A stretch of DNA of 20,000 nt from Malassezia furfur. Taxonomy: Eukaryota. The DNA is taken from NCBI GenBank assembly GCA_052055015.1, contig JBQJIT010000008.1. One strand, given 5' to 3'. Of the stretch, positions 1 to 8,786 are shown in pieces; position 1 is the first letter of the stretch, and each line of letters starts with the position of its first letter. Made by a program: the position numbers and the translations under genes. Below the pieces are notes generated by a model. The model saw only the letters and a list, made by a program, of their open reading frames with translations, made no database searches and had not been told where the DNA came from.

Positions 1-169
1 CGGGACGAGTTGCAGAAGTGCCATCGCGCTGAGGGCGAAAACCACTATTATGTGTGCGCTCCGATCGTCAAGGTATACAACGACCTGCTCAAGGAAGCCA
101 GGGTATGTTCGACTGAGAGAAGGGGCATACTAACCGCAGGTCAAGGGCTACCGCACTGTGGACGTATAG
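1..169 (+). CDS. NDUFB10: NADH:ubiquinone oxidoreductase NDUFB10-like (fungal 12 kDa) subunit, 3' partial
   Basis: Exons <1-102 and 140-169. The 37-nt intron 103-139 (GTATGT...ACTAAC-CGCAG) gives ...RDELQKCHRAEGENHYYVCAPIVKVYNDLLKEAR|VKGYRTVDV*. The C-x2-xEG-x-NH-x3-C pattern is recognised from fungal NDUFB10 homologues. Confidence 0.8.
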
Positions 170-398
170 ACGAGTGTATCGTAGCCGCTTGGATAGACCA
201 ACGAGCCGCGTATACCGCATGCAGCAGAGCGCCGCAGGGCAGGGCAGGGCGCATGTATGATGTGTAGCAGCGTTCCGCACCGCTTTGGTGGACGTGGATG
301 GCGAGCGCAGTGCATCGGTAGGGGCCGTCGTAGGCGTCGGCGGTAGGCGGAGGAGACGTCGGGTCGCGCGCGCGGAGGATATCTACTATACTACAGTC

Positions 399-843
399 TT
401 ACGGTGCGCGCTTCTGCCCGCCGAGCTCCTGCTGCACCTTTTGTAGCTCGAGTTCCTTTTCGCGGTATTGTTTTGCGAGGTCCACGAGCACCTTTGTGAG
501 CTGGGCGTGAGTGGGCGACTGGGTGTGCAACGTACCCCTTCGTAGGTCGTCTCGAGTGTCGGTAACACGTCGCGCACCGTGCGTTCCACGAGCACGCCGC
601 CAATCAGCCGGAAACAGGTGCGGTCCGGCTCCTTTTCTTGGACGCCCGAGAGCGTTTTGATGACGAGCCTGGGTCAGTGTGTGTGCCTGCGTACCTGTGC
701 TCGTCTGCATCGCTCTCAATCTCGCCGATCTTTTCCGCAATCGCCTGCAGCTCTGAGCGGCGCTGCTGCGCGAGCACGGCGAGTTCTGCGCGGTGAGCCA
801 AGGGGCACGTACCCTGCTGCTTCTTGCTAGGCGCGCTGGCCAT
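399..843 (-). CDS. GIM4: Prefoldin subunit 2 (Gim4/Pfd2), 118 aa
   Basis: Exons 843-813, 785-695, 668-536, 500-399 (introns 27, 26, 35 nt). The spliced protein has ELQAIAEKIGEIESDADEHRLVIKTL...DRTCFRLIGGVLVERTVRDVLPTL, the prefoldin-2 signature. Confidence 0.92.
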
Positions 844-965
844 GCTGGGCAACGTGCAGCGGCGACGTACGTAATTCCACGATACATATTTCCCAAACAA
901 CGCGCGTCGTCAGCGCCCTGATCGGGTGCGAGCGTCGCCGGAACCGTGTCGGTGAAGTATTGAGG

Positions 966-3900
966 ATGGCCGCGCCGCTCACGTCTGTGGCGGGTATCAC
1001 GGCCCTTTTGCAAGAAAAGGACCCGAAATTGCAGGCATATGCTCTGCGGAAGCTGGACACGCTCGTGGACGGCTTCTGGGCGGAGCTTGCGGACTCGGTG
1101 CCGAGGATCGAGGAGCTGTACGAGGACGAGTCGTTTGCCGACCGTGCGGTGGCCGCGCTCGTGGCGTCCAAGGTGTACTTCTACCTGGGCGAGTTTGACG
1201 ACTCGCTGAACTTTGCGCTGGGTGCCGGTGCGCTCTTTGACGTGGACCGCCGCGACGAGTATGTGGAAACGGTGGTGTCCAAGGCGATCGACAGCTACAT
1301 TGCCCAGCGCAGCGCGGCACAGGCCGCGGTGGACCCGCGGCTCGAGTCGATTGTGAACAATATGCTGGAGCGGTGCGTGGCCGCGGGCGAGTACCGGCAG
1401 GCGCTCGGTATTGCGCTCGAGACGCGCCGTCTGGACGTGATCGAGAACGTGTTCCGCACGACGCACGACGCACAGCTGCTCATCTATGTGCTCGAGGTGG
1501 TAATGGGTGTGGCGCACGACCACGAGGTGCGCCGGAGTGTGCTGTCGCTGCTTGTGCAGCTGTTCCAGTCGCTGGAGCAACCCGACTACTTCTCGATGGC
1601 GCAGTGCTACGTGTATCTGAACGCGCCGGCGCCCGCGGCCGAGCTGCTGCAGACGCTTGTGCAGCGTGCCGAGGCGGGCGCGGCCGCGCAGGCGAACACG
1701 CCGCAGGACCCGCTGCTGATTGCGTACCAGATTGCGTTCGATCTGGTGGAGAGCGCCACGCAGGAGTTCCGCAAGAGCGTGCAGCAGGAGCTGCAGCACA
1801 AGCTCGGCATCGCGGCGGAGGCGAGCGGCGAGGGCGCCGCGTCGCCCGGTGCGCAGATTCACCTGATCCTGGGCGGCACCGAGTCGATCAAGCTGTACCG
1901 CGCGTTTTTGCAGTACGCCAACCACGCGGACCTCGCGATTCTGCAGGCGTCCAAGAACGCGCTCGACGCGCACTACAGTGCGTACCACTCGGCGGTGAGT
2001 CTGTCGAACGCGTTCATGAACGCGGGCACGTCGAGCGACGAGTTCCTCCGCGAGAACCTCGACTGGCTCGCGAAGGCGTCCAACTGGAGCAAGTTTACGG
2101 CGACCGCCGCGCTCGGTGTGCTGCACAAGGGCAACCTGCAGGAGGGCATGAACATCCTGCGCCCCTACCTGCCGTCGGACGCGCCGTCGAGCAGCGTGTA
2201 CTCTGAGGGCGGCAGCCTGTTTGCGCTCGGCCTGATCCACGCGAACCACGGCGCGGGGATCCTCGACACGCTGATGCATGCGCTGCGCACGCACACCGCC
2301 GAGGTCGTGCAGCACGGCGCGGCGCTCGGCCTCGGCGCGGCGGGCATGGCCACCGAGAACGAGGCGGCGTACGAGGAGCTGCGCAACGTGCTCTTCTCCG
2401 ACTCGGCCGTCGCCGGCGAGGCCGCCGGCTACGCGATGGGCCTCGTGTACCTCGGCACCGGCGCGCCGCACGCCGTCGACGAGATGCTGCAGTACGCGCA
2501 AGAGACGCAGCACGAAAAGATCATCCGCGGCCTCGCGATGGGCCTCGCGCTGCTGCAGTACGGCCGCGAGGCGCAGGCGGACGCGACGATCGAGGTGCTC
2601 ATCACGCACAAGGACGCAACGATGCGCTACGGCGGTGTCTACACGCTCGCGCTCGCGTACGCCGGCACGGGCAGCAACGCGGCGATCAGCCGCCTGCTGC
2701 ACCTCGCCGTGTCCGACGGGAGCGACGACGTGCGCCGCGCCGCGGTCACCGCGCTCGGCTTCCTGCTGTTCCGCACGCCGCACAACCTGCCCGCGATGGT
2801 GCAGCTCCTCAGCGAGAGCTACAACCCGCACGTGCGCTACGGCGCGGCGATGGCGCTCGGCATCGCGTGCGCCGGCACGGGCCTCGACGCGGCGCTCGAC
2901 CTGCTCGAGCCGATGACCAAGGACCCGGTCGACTTCGTGCGCCAGGGCGCGTGCATGGCGCTCGCCATGGTGCTCGTGCAGCAGAACGACACGCTCAACC
3001 CGCGCGTGTCGCACGTGCGCAAGACGCTCGAGCGCATGCTCACCGAGAAGCACGAGGAGGCGATGGCCAAGTTTGGCGCGACGCTCGCGCAGGGCCTGCT
3101 CGACGCGGGCGGGCGCAACGTCACCATCAGCCTGCAGGGCCGCGGGGGCAGCATCAACACGCCCGCGATCGTCGGCATGGCGCTCTTTGCGCAGTACTGG
3201 TACTGGTTCCCCATGGCGCACTTTGCCGCGCTCGCGTTCACGCCGACGGCGATCATCGGCCTCGCACGCACGCTCGAGCTGCCCGACGTGGAGCTCGTGA
3301 GCCGCGCGCGCCCGAGCCTGTTTGCCTACCCGCCGCCGCTCGAGGCGCCCAGCGAGCAGAAGCGCGAGAAGGTCGAGACCGCCGTGCTCTCGACCACGGC
3401 CAAGTCGCAGGCGCGGCAGCGCACCAAGGAGCGCAAAAAGGCCGCGCAGGAGGGCGGCGAGGCCATGGACCAGGACGAGGCCAAGGACAAGCCCGCGGCC
3501 GACGACGCGCCAGACGCCAAGAAGGACGACAAGCCCACCAAGCGCCCCGAGCCCGCACAGGAGCGCATCAAGAACTGCTCGCGCGTCACGCCGTACCAGC
3601 TCAAGTACGTCGCCTTCCCCTCCTCGTCGCGCTTCCAGCCCATCCGCCCGATCCTCGGCAGCCGCGCCGAGGTGTGGCACAACACCGCGGGCGTCGGCGC
3701 TTTGCCGATGCTCACGCCGCCCCCGCCGCGCGACGACGCCGACAAGCCGGCGCCGGCTGCCAACGGCACCGCACGTGGACCGGAGCCGGCCCAGGCGCGG
3801 CAGTTGCACCACTCGGTCACAGGCGGCGGCGGTGGCATCCTGATGCTCCTCGACCGTGAGCCGTCCAAGCCGTTTGCCAAGGTCACCATGCACGGCAACG

Positions 3901-4058
3901 ACGAGTCAAGCACCACGCAGGAGCAGCAAGAGACCGCAGACGCCCTCAAGTCTGCGCCGGATACCGACGAAAAGGCACCGACGGGCGTGCCGGGCGCCGA
4001 GCGCGCCGAGGGCCAGACGGACGACGTCGAGATGCCCGAGGCGCCGGAAGCGAGGTAG
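966..4058 (+). CDS. RPN2: 26S proteasome regulatory subunit Rpn2/PSMD1, about 1030 aa, no intron detected
   Basis: N-terminal LTSVAGITALL...FWAELADS, PC repeats (NWSKFTATAALGVLHKG, LLHLAVSDGSDDVRRAAV, SESYNPHVRYG, DPVDFVRQGA), YWYWFPM and KVETAVLSTTAK motifs. Confidence 0.97.
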   Translation: MAAPLTSVAGITALLQEKDPKLQAYALRKLDTLVDGFWAELADSVPRIEELYEDESFADRAVAALVASKVYFYLGEFDDSLNFALGAGALFDVDRRDEYVETVVSKAIDSYIAQRSAAQAAVDPRLESIVNNMLERCVAAGEYRQALGIALETRRLDVIENVFRTTHDAQLLIYVLEVVMGVAHDHEVRRSVLSLLVQLFQSLEQPDYFSMAQCYVYLNAPAPAAELLQTLVQRAEAGAAAQANTPQDPLLIAYQIAFDLVESATQEFRKSVQQELQHKLGIAAEASGEGAASPGAQIHLILGGTESIKLYRAFLQYANHADLAILQASKNALDAHYSAYHSAVSLSNAFMNAGTSSDEFLRENLDWLAKASNWSKFTATAALGVLHKGNLQEGMNILRPYLPSDAPSSSVYSEGGSLFALGLIHANHGAGILDTLMHALRTHTAEVVQHGAALGLGAAGMATENEAAYEELRNVLFSDSAVAGEAAGYAMGLVYLGTGAPHAVDEMLQYAQETQHEKIIRGLAMGLALLQYGREAQADATIEVLITHKDATMRYGGVYTLALAYAGTGSNAAISRLLHLAVSDGSDDVRRAAVTALGFLLFRTPHNLPAMVQLLSESYNPHVRYGAAMALGIACAGTGLDAALDLLEPMTKDPVDFVRQGACMALAMVLVQQNDTLNPRVSHVRKTLERMLTEKHEEAMAKFGATLAQGLLDAGGRNVTISLQGRGGSINTPAIVGMALFAQYWYWFPMAHFAALAFTPTAIIGLARTLELPDVELVSRARPSLFAYPPPLEAPSEQKREKVETAVLSTTAKSQARQRTKERKKAAQEGGEAMDQDEAKDKPAADDAPDAKKDDKPTKRPEPAQERIKNCSRVTPYQLKYVAFPSSSRFQPIRPILGSRAEVWHNTAGVGALPMLTPPPPRDDADKPAPAANGTARGPEPAQARQLHHSVTGGGGGILMLLDREPSKPFAKVTMHGNDESSTTQEQQETADALKSAPDTDEKAPTGVPGAERAEGQTDDVEMPEAPEAR

Positions 4059-4202
4059 ACACCATAGCTACCCAGATGGACCCAGCGCGCGAACCACCGG
4101 GCGGCTCGGGCCGCCGCCGCCGGCGCGCCACCGGCGCCGCCCGTAGCGCCGTGTCGCCAGCCACTTCCGCACAAGTCGCGCGTGCCTCCTTCTCCCTACG
4201 TC

Positions 4203-5399
4203 CTACTCCGTCTTTTTCGCGGCGTCCATCGCGTCCAGAATCCCCGCAAGGCGTTCCACGGCGTCGTCGCGGATCTGGTAGTGGAACACCAGGCGGGGGC
4301 ACCGGACTGCCATGGGCGGGTCAAGCGCTTCGGCACGCCGCGCAATCTCGTCAGGGTCGTACCCTGCCGCCGCCGCATCAAACCACACCATGTTGGTCTC
4401 GCACGGGACCGTCAGGGGGATGCCACGCCCGGCGAGCATGCGCGCACACCGCCGCGCCAGGTCGTGCGTCCGGCGCAGCTGCGGGAACGTGTCATGCACC
4501 GCAACGTGTGCCGCCGCTGTTAGCACACCGAGCTGCCGCATACCTGCGCCAAACAGCTTGCGGAACTTGCGCGCGCGCTCGATCATCGCCCGTGGACCCA
4601 CAAGGATCGAGCCGATCGGCGCGCCCAGGCCCTTGCTCAGACACAGACTCACCGTGTCGAACGGCGCACAGAGCTCCGCGAGCGGCAGCCCCGTCTCAGC
4701 CGCCGCGTTCCAGAGACGCGCACCGTCGAGGTGCATCGCCAGCCCATGCTCGCGCGCCCACGTACTGATGCGCACAATCTCCTCTTGGGGGAACACGAGG
4801 CCACTCAGCGTATTTTCCAGCGAGATGACCCGCGTGAGCGCATAATGCTGGTCCTCCGCGATGATTGCATGCTCCTGCACGTCCTCGAGCGTGAGGTGGT
4901 GGCCGTTGTGCGGTGCGACCGTCTGCGTCGCTGCGCGCGAGTGGTACGCCATGCCGCCCGTCTCATACTGGTACACATGCGCGCGCTGGTCACACAGGAC
5001 ACTTGCTGGACCACACGCCTGCAAGATGTGCAGGTGCAGCGCGAGCTGGTTCGATAGCGTGCCCGAGGGCATAAACAGCGCAGCCTCCTTCCCGGTGAGC
5101 TGGGCAATCTGTTCCTGGAACAGCGCGGTAGGAGGGTGCACCTGATGCACCTCGTCCGCACATACCGCCTCGGCCATGGCCTTGCGCATTGCCTCGGTCG
5201 GCAGGGTGACTGTGTCGCTGTACAAGTCGTACGCCAGCTTTCCGTAGGCTTCGTCGTTGTCGGCGGCCGTCGGCGTACGCAGCGGCGGAATCAGCGGTTT
5301 CGTCACGTCCGCACCCGCAGGAAGCACCGTTTCACGCACCATGCCACTCACAGCACTCGACACGGTGCGCATGCCTGTTTTGATCGGGTGGTAGACCAT
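4203..5399 (-). CDS. GLY1: Low-specificity L-threonine aldolase family PLP enzyme, about 398 aa
   Basis: SDTVT, FMPSGTLSNQLAL, AHVYQYE, LENT, HLDGARLWNA, and the PLP lysine in CLSKGLGAPIGS. Start is uncertain: in-frame ATGs at 5441, 5399, 5372, 5342. Confidence 0.9.
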   Translation of the reverse strand: MVYHPIKTGMRTVSSAVSGMVRETVLPAGADVTKPLIPPLRTPTAADNDEAYGKLAYDLYSDTVTLPTEAMRKAMAEAVCADEVHQVHPPTALFQEQIAQLTGKEAALFMPSGTLSNQLALHLHILQACGPASVLCDQRAHVYQYETGGMAYHSRAATQTVAPHNGHHLTLEDVQEHAIIAEDQHYALTRVISLENTLSGLVFPQEEIVRISTWAREHGLAMHLDGARLWNAAAETGLPLAELCAPFDTVSLCLSKGLGAPIGSILVGPRAMIERARKFRKLFGAGMRQLGVLTAAAHVAVHDTFPQLRRTHDLARRCARMLAGRGIPLTVPCETNMVWFDAAAAGYDPDEIARRAEALDPPMAVRCPRLVFHYQIRDDAVERLAGILDAMDAAKKTE

Positions 5400-5465
5400 C
5401 GCGGCACGCAGATAAGCTCGACCCCCTCGTTCCCAAATCATGCGCCGTTCGCCCCGCCGGCCCCG

Positions 5466-5520
5466 ATTGGCAGATTGGTCCAAGCGTCAAGGGCGATCGG
5501 GGGGTGCAGGGCGTGATTGG
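5466..5520 (-). promoter_or_regulatory. Three CCAAT boxes (GATTGG on the + strand) in the GLY1/COQ11 divergent spacer
   Basis: ATTGG at 5466-5470, 5474-5478 and 5516-5520, each preceded by G. Confidence 0.45.
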
Positions 5521-5536
5521 TGCTCTCACTGCGACC

Positions 5537-6528
5537 ATGGCCCAACGCTTGTTCGTCGTCGGAGGAAACGGATTTGTCGGTACGTGGCGCCCCCTCACAC
5601 AGGCTCGGCGGTGTGCCGTACGGCACTCGCGCGTGGATGGGAAGTGCAAAGCATCAGGTACGTCCTCCCCGAGTCCGCTGACCACCAGCGGCAGCGGCCG
5701 TCCGTTCCGCACGCCCAAGGGCCACGCCCCGGCATGGACCGAGTCGGACAAGATGCACTGGCACAAGGCCGATGCGCTGCATCCTGACCAGTACAAGGAA
5801 ATTGCTGCGTCGTGCACGGCTGCCGTCCATACCATCGGCATCCTGATGGAGTCCAAGTACAAAGGCCGCAGCGGCTCAGCCACCGGCATCTTCCAGGGCC
5901 TCGCCAAGGGCTGGGGGCTCGGCGACAAGGGCAACCCACTCGACACGCAGGATGCTCTGACCTACGAAAAGATGAACCGCGACTCGGCGATCACGGTCGC
6001 CTCGACGTTTGCCGAGGTTCAGCAGGCAAAGCACAACAACGAGGTGCCATTTGTGTACATGTCGGCGGAGGACATTATGCGTCCGATCATTTCGCCCCGC
6101 TACATCTCGACGAAGCGTGAGGCCGAGGTTGCGATCGCGGCGATCGCCGAGCAAGAATTTCCGCCGATCTTGCGCGCGGTGTTTATGCGTCCAGGTAGGT
6201 GGAGCGGCACTGACACCCAGGGTTGATGTACCACCCACACAACCGTCCGTGGTCCACGGTGCCCGCGACGCTCATCGATGCGTCCAACTATATGCACCGC
6301 CTACACCGCAAGTGGAGGCTGCCCATCCCGTCGCCGGCCGACATTCTTGCGAGCCGTGCGGTGCCGCAGGCGCTGCACCCGCTCTCGGCCGCACTGACCA
6401 CGCCGCCGCTCCATGTCGACACGGTCGCGCACGCGGTGCTCGCAGCGATTGAGTCGGAGCATGTGCGTGGTGCGCAGAACGTCGAGGCGATCCGCCAGCT
6501 CGCCGGTTGGCCCGCCCAAGTTGAGTAG
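5537..6528 (+). CDS. COQ11: Atypical SDR / NAD(P)-binding Rossmann protein, Coq11-like, 303 aa
   Basis: Exons 5537-5579, 5603-5657, 5689-6194, 6221-6528 (introns 23, 31, 26 nt). Splicing gives MAQRLFVVGGNGFVGSAVCRTALARGWEVQSISGSG, plus TYEKMNRDSAI, FVYMSA, RYISTKREAE and RPGLMY, which resemble yeast Coq11/YLR290C. Confidence 0.78.
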
Positions 6529-6633
6529 AATTAGGCAGCTGCACCGCGCCACGCCGCCGGATGGCCCTGGCCCCGGCTCCGGCCCTGACGCCCTCCACAT
6601 GGCCCGTCCACCGTGCGCCCCACGCTGCGCGAA

Positions 6634-6640
6634 TCACGTG
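6634..6640. promoter_or_regulatory. TCACGTG E-box upstream of SAC1
   Basis: ATCACGTG in the COQ11-SAC1 gap, about 55 bp before the ATG. Confidence 0.4.
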
Positions 6641-6693
6641 GACGCAACGCCGGTGTGGTGATTGCACGCAGCGGGCCCCAGCTGCCGACGACC

Positions 6694-8720
6694 ATGTCGC
6701 TCTGGGCTGGATTCACTTGGTACGTCTCCGTGTGCCGAACTAACGCAGCTATGTATCCAAAGGTACGCTGGTCGCCCCCGGAAAGCTCACCGCACAGATA
6801 CGTATACGTTCGTGCCCACGAACCGCGGCGACCCACCGCGCCCGCTGCAGAAGCTGGTGATCGATCGCAGGGAGAGCGTCCTGTCGCTCCAAGGTGGGTG
6901 GTGTACATACTTACACACCAGACACGGACTCTCTGGATGTGCCCAAATATGACAAGCAGTTTATTGTGCACGGGATCCTCGGGATTCTGTCGCTGCACAC
7001 CACCGACTTTATGGTGGTGGTGACGAACCGCAAAAAAGTCGCGCATATCCTTGGCGCCAACGTCTACCTTGCGACCGACTTCCGCATGCTGCCGCTTAAG
7101 ACGGAGGCGAACCCGACGCTGCTGCGGAACCCGATCGAGAAGCGCCTGCTGGGTCTGGTGAAGGAGTCGCTCTACTCGGGCCCGCTGTACTTTTCGTACG
7201 AGTACGACGTGACGAGCTGTCTGCAGCGCCAGACCAAGAGTGAGTTCGGTCCGGACGGTGCCAAGCTGCCCATGTGGAAGCGTGCGGACGAGCGTTTCTT
7301 CTGGAACTACCATCTGCAGGAGCCGCTCATGCGGCATGCACAGGACCTGAGTGCGTTCATCATGCCCGTCATGTTTGGTTTTCTGGAGGTGAAGGTCGCG
7401 CAGATCCATCAGCGTGCGTTTGTGCTGGGCCTGATCGCGCGCCGCTCGCGCTACCGCGCCGGAACACGCTATTTCTCCCGCGGGATTGACGCCGAGGGCC
7501 ACGTGAGCAACTACAACGAAACCGAGCAGTTCGTGCTGGTCGATCCGCCGAGCGGCGGCACGCCGACGAGCATGGAGGAGATCGAGGGCAAGGCACGCAT
7601 GAGCTACGTGCAGACGCGCGGCTCGGTTCCCGTGTTCTGGGCCGAGGTGAACAATTTGCGCTACAAGCCGGACCTGCTCATCCCCGCAGACCCCCGCACG
7701 GTGGCGAGTGCGCGCCGACACCTCGATGAGCAGGTGGCGCTGTATGGCAAAAACTACCTGGTGAACCTGGTGAACCAGAGCGGGTACGAAAAACCGGTCA
7801 AGGACGCGTACGAGCAGGTCGTGCAAGAGGTGAGCAACCCGCTGGTGCAGTACAACTACTTCGACTTCCACCATGCGTGCAAGGGCATGAAGTTTGACAA
7901 TGTGCAGCTGCTTATCAACCAGCTTGAGCGCGAGGGCCTGCGCCCCAATGACTACTTTATGCTCGATACGAACGGCGCGCCGCAGGTGCAGCTGCAAAAG
8001 TCGGTCGTGCGCACCAACTGCATGGACTGTCTCGACCGTACCAATGTGGTGCAGAGCATGCTCGCGCGCCTCGTGCTCAATGAGCAGCTGCGCTCCGTCG
8101 AGATCCTCGGCGCGGGCGACCGCGTGGAGGACCATCCCGCGTTCCTGTATCTCTTCCGCAACGTCTGGGCGGACCATGCGGACGTGATCAGCAAGGCCTA
8201 CTCGGGCACCGGCGCGCTCAAGACCGACTTTACGCGCACCGGCAAACGCTCCATGGAGGGTGCGCTACAGGACGGGCTCAACTCGCTCACGCGCTACGTC
8301 AAGAACAACTTCTTTGATGGCGCGCGCCAGGACGCCTACGACCTGTTTACCGGCGCGTGGGACCCTGCGACGCAGAAGCCAGAAGTGGTCGTGCAGCCGT
8401 GGACGGTGCGCATGATGCCGTGGCTGCTGTGGGTGTCGCTCCTGTTTGTGGTCCTGTCGTTCCTGCTGGAGGGGGACCCTGCGCGGCCATACAAGGTGCC
8501 GACGCACGCGCCTCTCTTCCCCGCGTTCTGGGCGACCGTCGCGCTGGTGTCGCTCTACTACATCTGGCAGCACGGCGTGCTGTACGTCGGGTGGCCCTCG
8601 CTCAACCGCCCCACGGCGCTTATCGACTACGACGGCCCCGGATACCGCTCGGGCCTGCGCGGCCGCAAGGGCACGCGCATCGACCCGCGCCGCCTGCTCG
8701 CCGCGCGCAAGACGCAGTAG
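6694..8720 (+). CDS. SAC1: Phosphatidylinositol-phosphate phosphatase Sac1, 644 aa
   Basis: Exons 6694-6719, 6749-6762, 6798-6893, 6922-8720 (introns 29, 35, 28 nt). Catalytic RTNCMDCLDRTN, RAGTRYFSRG, QTRGSVP and YSGTGALKTDFTRTGKR motifs, plus two C-terminal hydrophobic segments. Confidence 0.95.
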
Positions 8721-8747
8721 GCCTCCGCCGTAGCCCGATCGATCTAT

Positions 8748-8756
8748 TCACGTGAC
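8748..8756. promoter_or_regulatory. TCACGTGAC E-box upstream of PRP19
   Basis: Lies in the 66-bp SAC1-PRP19 gap, 30 bp before the ATG. The same core occurs in three other intergenic spacers. Confidence 0.45.
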
Positions 8757-8786
8757 CCGACGCATCGCGGCGTCGGCCCACCCACC

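Noticed and set aside
176..186. GTATCGTAGCC resembles part of the U4 snRNA 5' stem-loop
   Set aside because: No adjacent U6-pairing segments or Sm site are visible, so it is likely a chance match.
234..250. Short (GCAGG)3 tandem repeat
   Set aside because: Too short to be a meaningful repeat, and three G-runs are too few for a convincing G-quadruplex.
399..3893. 1164-aa minus-strand ORF antisense to RPN2
   Set aside because: Shadow ORF produced by strong GC3 codon bias. Arg/Ala-rich with no recognisable domain. Only its last 33 codons are real, as the final prefoldin-2 exon.
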